DNA of 32,000 bases from Synechocystis sp. PCC 6803 substr. PCC-P (GCF_000284455.1 NC_017039.1:1260001-1292000), one strand, 5' to 3'; positions 1-8,482 are shown, counted from the stretch's first letter. Program-made: numbers and translations. Notes: a model not told the origin generated them from the sequence alone.

Positions 1-124
1 CCGCCACAGGAACCGTGGGCACATCCTGGTGGATCAGGGTTAACCCCTGGTCAAAGGTAAAAATTTTGGCCGGAAAATCCGGTTTGGTCGGGCACAGTTG
101 CACAGACACAAGGCGTATATCCAT
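1..124 (-). CDS. 5' end of a gene running off the window; possible M16 (pitrilysin-type) processing peptidase N-terminus
   Basis: Reverse-strand ATG at 122-124. My translation is MDIRLVSVQLCPTKPDFPAKIFTFDQGLTLIHQDVPTVPVA. The 'xxGLTLIHQ..P..PV' pattern resembles the start of M16 peptidases. Only 41 codons are visible. Confidence 0.3.
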   Translation of the reverse strand, partial: MDIRLVSVQLCPTKPDFPAKIFTFDQGLTLIHQDVPTVPVA

Positions 125-294
125 TGGGGTCTATGCCTTCTATCCTAGGCGATCGCCGTCTTAACCGTCGGTTAACCCCCCATCATTTTGTCTGCCTTTC
201 GTGACAAGGTTGCCGGGAGTAAAATTTTTTGTCCCCCTACAGCTAAGGCTACCTGCACAGGCCCCTGTGGAAAAAGGGAGGAAAATCCATGCTA

Positions 295-435
295 GGGTTG
301 GGGACTAAGTTTAGTTGGTTCCATTGGGTAACAGCCAGTGGAGGTAACGGGGAAAAGCTGGTGCAAAGCCAATACTGTCCCGCAACTGTGATGGGCCCAG
401 GCCCTAAGTCAGGATGCCCGCCAACGATGGCCGAT
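295..435 (+). promoter_or_regulatory. Cobalamin (B12) riboswitch in the 5' leader of hupE
   Basis: Conserved core GGTTCC..GGGAAAAGCTGGTGCAAAGCC..CTGTCCCGCAACTGTGA at 317-392. A B12-box-like AAGTCAGGATGCCCGCC lies at 406-422, directly abutting the ATG at 427. The outer boundaries are approximate. Confidence 0.75.
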
Positions 436-1065
436 TCCGTTAATCAAATCTGCGAGGTACAGGTTGTGAATGTTACAGGTTTATCTAATTTACTGACTTT
501 CCCCCGGCTCCTAGCCCACCATCCCTTTGGGGGCCATACCCCCAGTAATTTCCTGGAAGGTTTCCTCTCCGGCCTGGGGCACCCCGTCATTGGCCTAGAC
601 CACCTTGCTTTTGTCATTGCCATTGGCCTGATTGCCGCTGGGTTACGCTACGGTTGGCTAATGCCCCTCATTTTTGTCGCCACGGCGATCACCGGCACAG
701 GGTTGCATTTAATTGGGGCTAATCTGCCCCAGCCAGAATTGGTCATCGCCGGTTCCGTACTTTTATTCGGCATCTTCCTTGCTTTGGGTCGTCCTCTGCC
801 ATCTCCCCTAGTAATGGGATTAGCCGCTGTGGCCGGTATGTTCCATGGCTACGCCTATGGAGAAGCCATTGTCGGGGCGCAAATGAATCCCGTTGCCGCC
901 TATTTGCTCGGTTTTTCCTTCATTCAACTAGCGATCGCCATGGGAGTCTATGCCTTAGCCAAGGGCTGGTACGAAACCAAAGAAACCTTGCTCAATCTAA
1001 GATTTATTGGCTTTCTGCTAACAGGAGTAGGACTAGCCTTCACCTCCGGCGCCTTGTTGGGGTAA
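427..1065 (+). CDS. hupE: HupE/UreJ-family membrane protein (putative cobalt/nickel transporter)
   Basis: The motifs HHPFGGH..GFLSGLGHPVIGLDHLAFV and FHGYAYGE, plus multiple TM helices, are typical of HupE/UreJ. The first ~46 codons of the 258-aa track ORF overlap the riboswitch and are probably not coding. The start is ATG 427 or GTG 466 and is uncertain. Confidence 0.8.
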   Translation: MADSVNQICEVQVVNVTGLSNLLTFPRLLAHHPFGGHTPSNFLEGFLSGLGHPVIGLDHLAFVIAIGLIAAGLRYGWLMPLIFVATAITGTGLHLIGANLPQPELVIAGSVLLFGIFLALGRPLPSPLVMGLAAVAGMFHGYAYGEAIVGAQMNPVAAYLLGFSFIQLAIAMGVYALAKGWYETKETLLNLRFIGFLLTGVGLAFTSGALLG

Positions 1066-1120
1066 TTGCTTATGGGATAATAGGTTGCCTACAGTTTTTG
1101 ATTAAAAACTAAACCTTCCC

Positions 1121-2332
1121 ATGGTAACCGCTTCCCTGCCGACCCCTGTCCAGCCCGAGTTCGACACTACTATCCATCGCCGCAAAACCCGCCCTGTACC
1201 AGTAGGCGCTGTCACCGTTGGCGGTGGCCATCCTGTGGTGGTGCAATCCATGATTAATGAAGACACCCTCGATGTGGATGGTTCCGTCGCTGGCATTCGT
1301 CGCCTCCACGAAATTGGTTGTGAAATTGTCCGGGTAACGGTGCCCAGCATGGCCCACGCCAAAGCCCTAGCGGATATCAAGCAGAAATTACAAGCTACTT
1401 ACCAAGCCGTGCCCCTGGTGGCAGACGTACATCACAACGGCATGAAAATTGCTCTGGAAGTAGCCAAACACGTCGATAAAGTCAGGATTAACCCAGGGCT
1501 ATACGTTTTTGAAAAGCCCGATGCCCAACGGGAAGGCTACAGCGACCAGGAATTTGCTGAAATTGGCGAAAAAATTCGTGAAACCCTGGAACCATTGGTA
1601 ATTTCCCTACGAGATCAAGGGAAATCGATGCGGATCGGCGTTAACCATGGTTCTCTCTCCGAAAGAATGCTTTTTACCTACGGGGATACCCCCGAGGGCA
1701 TGGTGCAATCGGCCCTGGAATTCATCAAAATTTGTGAGTCCTTAGATTTCCGCAACCTAGTCGTTTCCATGAAAGCGTCCCGGGTACCGGTAATGTTGGC
1801 CGCCTATCGCCTCATGGTGAAACGTATGGACGAGTTGGGCATGGATTATCCCCTCCATCTAGGGGTTACCGAAGCCGGGGATGGGGAATATGGCCGCATT
1901 AAATCCACCGCTGGCATTGCCACCCTTTTAGCTGATGGCATTGGCGATACTATCCGGGTATCCCTCACCGAAGCCCCCGAAAAAGAAATTCCCGTTTGCT
2001 ACAGCATTCTCCAGGCGCTGGGTTTGCGGAAAACCATGGTGGAATATGTGGCCTGTCCTTCCTGTGGCCGCACGTTGTTCAACTTGGAAGACGTGTTACA
2101 TGAAGTCCGAGAAGCCACTAAACATCTAACGGGTTTAGACATCGCCGTCATGGGCTGTATTGTCAATGGCCCCGGGGAAATGGCCGATGCCGACTATGGC
2201 TATGTGGGTAAACAAGCCGGTTACATTGCCCTCTACCGTGGTCGGGAAGAAATTAAACGAGTACCCGAAACCGACGGCGTACAGGAATTAATTAACCTGA
2301 TCAAGGCCGATGGCCGTTGGGTTGACCCTTAA
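1121..2332 (+). CDS. ispG: 4-hydroxy-3-methylbut-2-en-1-yl diphosphate synthase (MEP pathway)
   Basis: Full-length 403-aa ORF with GcpE/IspG signatures: [14 protein letters not shown], the CPSCGRT Fe-S cysteines and GCIVNGPGE. Confidence 0.95.
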   Translation: MVTASLPTPVQPEFDTTIHRRKTRPVPVGAVTVGGGHPVVVQSMINEDTLDVDGSVAGIRRLHEIGCEIVRVTVPSMAHAKALADIKQKLQATYQAVPLVADVHHNGMKIALEVAKHVDKVRINPGLYVFEKPDAQREGYSDQEFAEIGEKIRETLEPLVISLRDQGKSMRIGVNHGSLSERMLFTYGDTPEGMVQSALEFIKICESLDFRNLVVSMKASRVPVMLAAYRLMVKRMDELGMDYPLHLGVTEAGDGEYGRIKSTAGIATLLADGIGDTIRVSLTEAPEKEIPVCYSILQALGLRKTMVEYVACPSCGRTLFNLEDVLHEVREATKHLTGLDIAVMGCIVNGPGEMADADYGYVGKQAGYIALYRGREEIKRVPETDGVQELINLIKADGRWVDP

Positions 2333-2485
2333 TCTATTCCTCAAAACTTCCCACACAAAAAACTAAGCAAGGCTCGCCAGCGGGCCCATACTTGATTTTG
2401 TTTAGCACATATCAATTGGTGGTTTTCAGGAGCAAAGGAAATAGCCAATGAAAGGTTCCAGTCTGGACTGTCCACTTGTTTTGAG

Positions 2486-2902
2486 TCAGAGTTCCCCTAT
2501 TTTTGCCAAGATTTGGCGGACAGTAAGGCTTTCTACCCGATTGATGCGGAGTAGGTTAGCTGTTACTCGCCCGATCGCCGTTTTGGGTTGAACGAGTCCG
2601 CTTATGGATTCAAGGGTGAAGTGGTTTGTCCAGATGTCTTTTCTTGGATTGTAGAGTCTAACAGTTTCCCCTGTATGGGGGTCGATAGAAGCGATATCAC
2701 TGCCTTTGGCTTGGTTACAGAGGGAAAAGGAAAAAGCTAGGTTTTCAGGGGTACTGTGGCCTCCATGTTTTTCGGCAATGATATGATCAACATGGTGGGA
2801 AGACAGAGATAGCGCTTCAGGGATGAGGCAATATTCACAGGAATGGTTAGCCCGATCACTAACGAGACGTCGTAGGGATGGGGAAATATAGCTCTTACTC
2901 AT
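2486..2902 (-). CDS. Free-standing HNH endonuclease-domain protein (138 aa)
   Basis: HNH core CEYC...HHVDHIIAEKHGG...ENLAFSFSLCNQAKG. The C-terminal 'LYNPR..W..HF' extension is common in cyanobacterial HNH proteins. Its ATG overlaps the stop of the upstream ORF (ATGAGTAA). Confidence 0.8.
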   Translation of the reverse strand: MSKSYISPSLRRLVSDRANHSCEYCLIPEALSLSSHHVDHIIAEKHGGHSTPENLAFSFSLCNQAKGSDIASIDPHTGETVRLYNPRKDIWTNHFTLESISGLVQPKTAIGRVTANLLRINRVESLTVRQILAKIGEL

Positions 2903-3251
2903 GGGGCTGGAGTTTAAGCCGGGCTTGGGCCTTTGCCAGTCGCACGAGATGTTCTATAAATTCATATTGTTGCCAAAGGCGTTGCTCTTTCTGGTTTAGA
3001 CCTTGGGTTCGATTTTTCTCCAGGAGAGTTTCGATCTCAGCCTGCAGGGTGGGAGAAAGATGGAGATCAAGGATTTGTTGCGGGCTGGGGAGTTGAGCCA
3101 AAAATTCGAGGATTTCAGTAAGTCCAGACAAACCAGTGCTGGGATTGGCGTTTAGTTGCTGTATACCGAGGGCTAATATTTGCGGCAAGTCTTCCTGGAG
3201 AGGTTGAAGCTGTTGGGCAATGTCGTCGGGGATGTCTAGAGTAATTTGCAT
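2895..3251 (-). CDS. Hypothetical 118-aa helical protein, translationally coupled to the HNH gene (antitoxin-like partner?)
   Basis: Clean ATG-initiated ORF. Its N-terminus MQITLDIPDDIAQQLQ resembles those of many cyanobacterial antitoxin-like proteins. It overlaps the downstream HNH gene by 8 nt. I recognised no domain. Confidence 0.55.
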   Translation of the reverse strand: MQITLDIPDDIAQQLQPLQEDLPQILALGIQQLNANPSTGLSGLTEILEFLAQLPSPQQILDLHLSPTLQAEIETLLEKNRTQGLNQKEQRLWQQYEFIEHLVRLAKAQARLKLQPHE

Positions 3252-3399
3252 GCTTAACCTTTACTAAATAATGGTAAATCGAGCATAGACACTTTTGGCG
3301 ATCGCCAATGTGAACCTTGCTTTTTTGCCTCCATTAACCAAATACTCCGATCCCTAGGCACAGTGTCAACACCATGCCTACATTGCCGGAGAAAAAAGG

Positions 3400-6300
3400 C
3401 TAGATATCCAAGTCAGTTAGATCCAACTTGGTGCCATAGGTTTCGATGAATTCCCGGCGGGGAGCTACCCGATCGCCCATCAACACCGTAAAAATGCGAT
3501 CGGCTTCAGCGGCATCTTCAATGTGGACACGTTTCATGGTGCGGCTTTCAGGATTCATCGTGGTATCCCAGAGTTGTTGGGGCATCATTTCCCCTAAACC
3601 TTTAAAACGCTGGATGGTGTAATTAGCATTGGGGGGAAACTGACTGATTTGCTCCTGCAATTCCCGGTCGGAATAACAATAGAAATGGTTTTTACCCCGC
3701 TCCAGTTTGTACAACGGCGGACAGGCAATGTAAATGTAGCCTTGGTCCACCAAATCCCGCTGATAACGGTAGAAGAAAGTCAACAAAAGAGTGCGTATGT
3801 GCGCTCCATCTACATCAGCATCGGTCATAATTACTACTCTGTGATAGCGGAGGGAAGATATGTCAAAATCATCACCTTTAATGCCCAGACCTAATGCTGT
3901 AATTAAGGCTTGAATTTCAGTATTTTTATAAATCTTGGCATCGTCAGTTTTTTCAATATTTAAAATCTTGCCCCGTAAAGGCAAAATTGCTTGGAAACGA
4001 CGGTCTCGACCTTGTTTTGCGCTGTTATGGACAAACACTCCGCTTGCCAAAGCAAAATTGTGGGTGTGGGGAACCTCAATATCATAAACATCGATTGTTT
4101 CTGACACAGCTTCAATATTTACAATTCTGTGATTGTAATTTAATACTGCTTCCCTTGCGAGGTTCTCATCATTCTCGAAATACCGTTCACAGAATCGATC
4201 AAAACGTAACAAGGATTTATCTTTAGTCGAAATTCGATAGCTATCGTAAGCAGATATGTCTAAATAACCATTTTCGATCTCAACTTGTTTTAGTGCCGCT
4301 AGAGTTTTGCGGTAATAGGTTTGGGCCAGAGCTTCTCGACGTTTTTCTCGAAATTCAGGAGTCCATTGTTCCTTTGTTTTTTTCTGTCGCCATTTCAACA
4401 ATTCGGGATTATTCCATTGTTTAACCGCATTCTCTGAATATTGTTGTCGTAATCCAGGATTTTGTGCGAAATGTTGACGTACCCTTTCTGCTTGAGCAGT
4501 ACGATTCTCCGCCTGCGCCCAATATTCCTGTTGAGCACGATTTAGCTGTTCTGCATTTTGCTGACGATAATCCTCATTACTGTCGTAGAAACTACGCCAA
4601 CTTTCCATCATTGTTAATTTATAGGTTTCATTTTGCCATTGGGCCTGGGCCTGTTTGGACAAAATTGCCCGTGTTTCCGGTGATTGCATCCTTGCGCTCA
4701 TTTTCCGTCGAAACTCAGGACTTTGGTGAATTCGACGACATTTCTCTACCACATCAGGGCGATGTAATGTTTTACTAATGTGCTTACGGTGAAGCGCTAA
4801 ATGTTTTTCAGGGGATAAGCGAATTAAATTATCGGGATTATTATTCCGCTTATTAAAGTCTTTGTGATGGCAATGTTGTTTTTCTTCTGCAATATAAATT
4901 CCCTGCCAACGATTATACCAGTCTGCAACTAAATGGGTAAATAGCCAGCTATCGGAACGGGGACTCCAAACCATTTCATAGCCATCAATTGTAATACCAG
5001 AATCTTCCGTAGTCGAAATTTTTCGGTGTAACGGCATTAACGAATCATCGAGAGTTAAATCCATCGCACATTTGTAGCTCCCATCCCGCAACATGAATTT
5101 ATGATCCGGGGTGCAAATAATAGACTCACCATTGTCCAACGTAACCTTGATTACCTTCGCATTAGTTTTTGTTTTGCGGGCATTGATGATTTTTTCAACC
5201 CCTATAGAACCATCATGGCGGATGGTATAACAAAAGTTTTGTTTTCCTTGTTTTTCTTCTTCAACCAATTGCTCAAAGCTAACGCTACGACCATCAGTTA
5301 AAGCGACTAATGTATCTCCAGAAAAACAGCCGCCGGCAGAGTCTCCTTCCACGATGAAAATTTCCGATTCCGAGGGATCTTTGGAGCTACAGTCTGCCAA
5401 TTTACCCGGTAAAGTTGAAGACTCTAAAACTGATTTACGGCGTACTAATTCCCTGGCTCGACGGGCTGCTTCCGCTGCTTTAAAAGCCTGCACTGCTTTT
5501 TCAATGATGGCATCGGCAACCCCAGGATTAAATTCTAAAAATTCCGTTAGAGCTTCCCCCACCAAGGTATCCACAATGCCCCGGACTTCCGTGTTGCCCA
5601 ATTTAGTTTTGGTTTGTCCTTCAAATTCTGGGTCCGGTACTTTAACGGAAATAACGCCGGTTAGGCCCTCACGAATATTTTCTCCCCCTAAATTACTATC
5701 GCCATCCTTTAACTTATTGCGCTTACGGGCAACGGAGTTGAGAGTACGGGTTAAAACCGCTTTTAGACCTTCTAAATGGGTGCCACCATCAATAGTGCGG
5801 ATATTGTTGGCAAATCCCAAGAGAGTATCACTATACGCATCCACACACCACTGGAGGGCCACCTCCACCTGGACGTCATTTTTTTCCCCGGAAGTGTAAA
5901 TAATTTCCTCGTGGAGCGGGGTTTTGTCCGTGGTCATATAGGTGACATATTCCCTAATGCCCCCTTCATAATAAAACTGCTCTTCTTTGAGGGAATCCGC
6001 CCGGCGATCGCCAAAGGTAATGCGAACCCCAGCGTTGAGGTAGGCCAACTCCTTGAGACGACTGGCCAGGGTATGGTAATCAAACTCGATGCCATCCTTA
6101 AAAATCTGGGTGTCTGGCAAAAAAGAAACCTGGGTTCCTGTGGAGTGCCCTTCGTTTGGGGTAGCTTCTAGCGTGCCAATGGGATTGCCCCGCTCAAACC
6201 GCTGGAAGTGTTCCTTCCCCTGGCGCCAAACCTTCACTTCCACCCATTCGGACAGGGCGTTAACAACGGAAACCCCTACCCCGTGCAAACCACCGGATAC

Positions 6301-6636
6301 CTTATAGCCACCGCCCCCAAACTTGCCCCCGGCATGGAGTACCGTCAACACTGTTTCCAAGGCCGATCGCCCGGTGGTGGGGTGAATATCGGTGGGAATC
6401 CCCCGGCCATTGTCCACTACGGTGACGGAACCGTCGGCATTAATGTCAATTTCAATATGGGTACAATAGCCGGCCAAAGCCTCATCAATGGCATTGTCAA
6501 CCACTTCATACACTAGGTGATGCAGACCCTTGGGCCCCGTGGAGCCAATATACATCCCTGGGCGCTTACGGACTGGTTCCAACCCTTCCAAGACTTGAAT
6601 TTGATCGGCACCGTAGTTCGTGGTCGTCATGGTCAC
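3400..6636 (-). CDS. gyrB: DNA gyrase subunit B, interrupted in frame by a 435-aa intein
   Basis: GHKL ATPase N-terminus (YEVVDNAIDEA, GLHGVGVSVVNALS). Toprim motif EGDSAGG is followed by Cys (CFSGDTLV...). The extein resumes after ...VFVHN with SAKQGRDRRFQAILPLRGKILN. C-terminal GyrB motifs are present (IMTDADVDGAHI). Confidence 0.97.
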   Translation of the reverse strand: MTMTTTNYGADQIQVLEGLEPVRKRPGMYIGSTGPKGLHHLVYEVVDNAIDEALAGYCTHIEIDINADGSVTVVDNGRGIPTDIHPTTGRSALETVLTVLHAGGKFGGGGYKVSGGLHGVGVSVVNALSEWVEVKVWRQGKEHFQRFERGNPIGTLEATPNEGHSTGTQVSFLPDTQIFKDGIEFDYHTLASRLKELAYLNAGVRITFGDRRADSLKEEQFYYEGGIREYVTYMTTDKTPLHEEIIYTSGEKNDVQVEVALQWCVDAYSDTLLGFANNIRTIDGGTHLEGLKAVLTRTLNSVARKRNKLKDGDSNLGGENIREGLTGVISVKVPDPEFEGQTKTKLGNTEVRGIVDTLVGEALTEFLEFNPGVADAIIEKAVQAFKAAEAARRARELVRRKSVLESSTLPGKLADCSSKDPSESEIFIVEGDSAGGCFSGDTLVALTDGRSVSFEQLVEEEKQGKQNFCYTIRHDGSIGVEKIINARKTKTNAKVIKVTLDNGESIICTPDHKFMLRDGSYKCAMDLTLDDSLMPLHRKISTTEDSGITIDGYEMVWSPRSDSWLFTHLVADWYNRWQGIYIAEEKQHCHHKDFNKRNNNPDNLIRLSPEKHLALHRKHISKTLHRPDVVEKCRRIHQSPEFRRKMSARMQSPETRAILSKQAQAQWQNETYKLTMMESWRSFYDSNEDYRQQNAEQLNRAQQEYWAQAENRTAQAERVRQHFAQNPGLRQQYSENAVKQWNNPELLKWRQKKTKEQWTPEFREKRREALAQTYYRKTLAALKQVEIENGYLDISAYDSYRISTKDKSLLRFDRFCERYFENDENLAREAVLNYNHRIVNIEAVSETIDVYDIEVPHTHNFALASGVFVHNSAKQGRDRRFQAILPLRGKILNIEKTDDAKIYKNTEIQALITALGLGIKGDDFDISSLRYHRVVIMTDADVDGAHIRTLLLTFFYRYQRDLVDQGYIYIACPPLYKLERGKNHFYCYSDRELQEQISQFPPNANYTIQRFKGLGEMMPQQLWDTTMNPESRTMKRVHIEDAAEADRIFTVLMGDRVAPRREFIETYGTKLDLTDLDI
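4024..5328 (-). mobile_element. GyrB intein (protein residues 437-871) with an embedded HNH-type homing endonuclease region
   Basis: N-terminal splice residue is Cys (codon ACA on the + strand at 5326-5328). C-terminal residues are His-Asn (Asn codon at 4024-4026), followed by the +1 Ser. The HNH-like segment HCHHKDFNKRNNNPDNLIRLSPEKHLALH maps to 4789-4875. The segment is visibly AT-richer than the exteins and has no GCGATCGC. Confidence 0.9.
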
Positions 6637-6764
6637 TCCAAAATCAGGCTGAGCTTAGGCATCTTTGCTGTGGGATGGCAAAAGCCCTCAAAATCTTAGC
6701 ACAAAAGGGTTAAAGGCTTTAATATCGGGGACTGAGAACTGATTTGGAGATGGGATCGATCAAG

Positions 6765-7022
6765 CTATTTTTCCAGACGTACCACATACCATTGCCAAGT
6801 ACCGCCATCCCCCCGGTCGAGGTCGCAGTAATTGTCCCGTAAATGTTCCGCTTTTGCCGCCAAAGTGGGCAATTTATCCAGTCCCTGGGGCAGGGGAAGA
6901 TCGTATTCGGCCAAAATCTCCGTCAACTTAGCAGTCATTTCCGCCGGAGTTAGGAATGTTTCTGGTTCCTGGTCCGCCAAGAACACAAACATTTCTTCTT
7001 GGTACATCAGTGGATCGACCAT
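6765..7022 (-). CDS. Small conserved cyanobacterial protein (85 aa), possibly CRR7-like
   Basis: The ATG at 7022 gives MVDPLMYQEEMFVFLADQEPETFLTPAEM... The 151-aa track ORF needs a TTG start at 7220, and its extension is low-complexity. The CRR7 (NDH assembly factor family) resemblance is from memory of the 'PLMYQE..FVVL' N-terminus only. Confidence 0.45.
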   Translation of the reverse strand: MVDPLMYQEEMFVFLADQEPETFLTPAEMTAKLTEILAEYDLPLPQGLDKLPTLAAKAEHLRDNYCDLDRGDGGTWQWYVVRLEK

Positions 7023-7260
7023 GGCAATTGCTAAAAACTGTTGTTGAGGTGGAGATTGGCACTGACTAGTCAAGTGGGGATTTAGTTTTCTGCGTTTCCT
7101 GATGGGGCACCAATCTAAAATTTCTCTAGAAATTTCTGCGGTGGAAAAACTTTGCAGTAACCAAGTAACCCCGAAAAGAGTAGCCCCCCCAGCCCAGAGC
7201 CAGGAAGGGCCATTGCACAATACTTTCTCGATTCATCGGCGATCGCCGAGACGTTGTGGC

Positions 7261-7380
7261 CTAGGCTTCGCGACCTAAAACGTCCTGTAACTGCCGGATC
7301 GCGGCGGCCCCAATATTGATAGCGGCCCAAGTTGCGGCGATCAGAAGGGGGCTAACAACTACAATTACACGCCAATCCAT
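7261..7380 (-). CDS. psbY: Photosystem II protein Y (39 aa)
   Basis: [39 protein letters not shown] is a single-TM peptide matching PsbY. It is hidden as the C-terminal half of the 77-aa track ORF. ATG at 7378-7380. Confidence 0.85.
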
Positions 7381-7585
7381 TGCTGTACCTCGTTTTGTTA
7401 AAAGAATATAAATTTTCCGAACACTCTTAATCTTATATCCTAATCCCGACCCCTTGGGAATGGAAACCGGGCCACAGGTCTGGGCAATGACCAAGCCGGC
7501 AAACAGGAAAAACTCTGTTAAGATCTCCTGTCAGAGAGGCAGTCACCGCTCCCAACTCAAACCACCGTTGTCCCCATTGGATGTA

Positions 7586-8482
7586 ATGACCATTAGCCGG
7601 TTTCGTCAGGCAGCCGAAGCGAAGGAATTTTTGATCACCGCAGAAGTTACCCCCCCCAAAGGCGGTAATCCCGAGCGGATGTTGGCGGTGGCGGCAAAGT
7701 TACGGGGCCGGGTCCATGGGGTTAACGTCACCGATGGTAGTCGGGCGGTGTTGCGTATGTCTTCCATTGCGGCCTGTGTGTTGTTGCAGCAACGGGGTAT
7801 TGAAGCCATTTGTCAGATGACCTGCCGGGACCGTAATTTGATTGGTTTGCAAGCTGATCTGATGGGGGCCTATGCCCTCGGTTTACGCAATGTTTTAGCT
7901 TTAACCGGCGATCCGCTCAAAGCAGGGGACCATGCCAAGGCCAGACCTGTCTACGATTTAGAGTCTGTCAGACTTTTAAGTTTAATCCGCTCCCTCAACC
8001 AGGGGTTAGATTTTAACCAAGCTCCTTTGGTGGATGGCAGGCTAGATTTATTTCCTGGGGCGGCGGTGGACCCCCAGCTCAAAAGTTGGTCTGGCCTACA
8101 AAGTCGTTTTGAAAGGAAACTAACAGCGGGAGCACAATTTTTCCAAAGTCAGTTAATTACGGATTTCGATCGCCTGGATAAATTTATGACCCAGGTGGCT
8201 GTGGGCTGTGGCAAACCAATTTTGGCGGGTATATTTCTGTTCAAATCGGCTAAAAATGCGACTTTTATCAAGCGGGTGGTACCGGGGGTAAATATTCCCG
8301 ATGCGCTGATTGATCGCCTGGCCCGGGCCGAAGATCCTTTAAAAGAAGGGGTGGCGATCGCCGCCGAACAGGTAAAACTGGCCAAAGAGCTATGCCAGGG
8401 AGTGCACTTGATGGCGATTAAAAAAGAAGAATTAATTCCCGAAATCCTCGACCAGGCCGGCATTGCCCCTCTGGAAAATTAA
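7586..8482 (+). CDS. metF: 5,10-methylenetetrahydrofolate reductase
   Basis: MTHFR-family motifs: ITAEVTPPKG, GVNVTDG, LALTGD. The ATG at 7586 (MTISRFRQAAE...) is preferred over the longer track ORF that starts at 7454. Confidence 0.85.
   Translation: MTISRFRQAAEAKEFLITAEVTPPKGGNPERMLAVAAKLRGRVHGVNVTDGSRAVLRMSSIAACVLLQQRGIEAICQMTCRDRNLIGLQADLMGAYALGLRNVLALTGDPLKAGDHAKARPVYDLESVRLLSLIRSLNQGLDFNQAPLVDGRLDLFPGAAVDPQLKSWSGLQSRFERKLTAGAQFFQSQLITDFDRLDKFMTQVAVGCGKPILAGIFLFKSAKNATFIKRVVPGVNIPDALIDRLARAEDPLKEGVAIAAEQVKLAKELCQGVHLMAIKKEELIPEILDQAGIAPLEN

Noticed and set aside
289-426. The N-terminal 46 codons of the 258-aa ORF, which would make a longer HupE.
   Set aside because: This stretch carries the conserved B12 riboswitch core and B12 box, and the translated sequence has no HupE similarity.
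1102-1380. Minus-strand ORFs (92 and 82 aa) overlapping the ispG start.
   Set aside because: They lie opposite a high-confidence gene and have no motifs, so they are shadow ORFs.
2448-2594. A 48-codon + strand ORF that starts after an AGGAG box and runs antisense into the HNH gene.
   Set aside because: It overlaps the well-supported HNH gene and has no conserved features, so it is most likely fortuitous.
5354-6516. Long + strand ORFs (181, 131, 72 and 102 aa) antisense to gyrB.
   Set aside because: They lie entirely inside a strongly supported minus-strand gene. They are low-complexity (S/P/R/A-rich) with no recognisable motifs. This is the typical shadow-ORF pattern opposite a GC-biased coding frame.
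7381-7494. A 38-codon N-terminal extension of psbY; also the 5' extensions of metF (7454-7585), hemA (23618-23731), the C-DES-like gene (10060-10140) and rre17 (17147-17194).
   Set aside because: In each case an internal ATG gives the canonical family N-terminus, sometimes with a Shine-Dalgarno-like box. The extensions have no similarity to the family and often begin with non-ATG codons.
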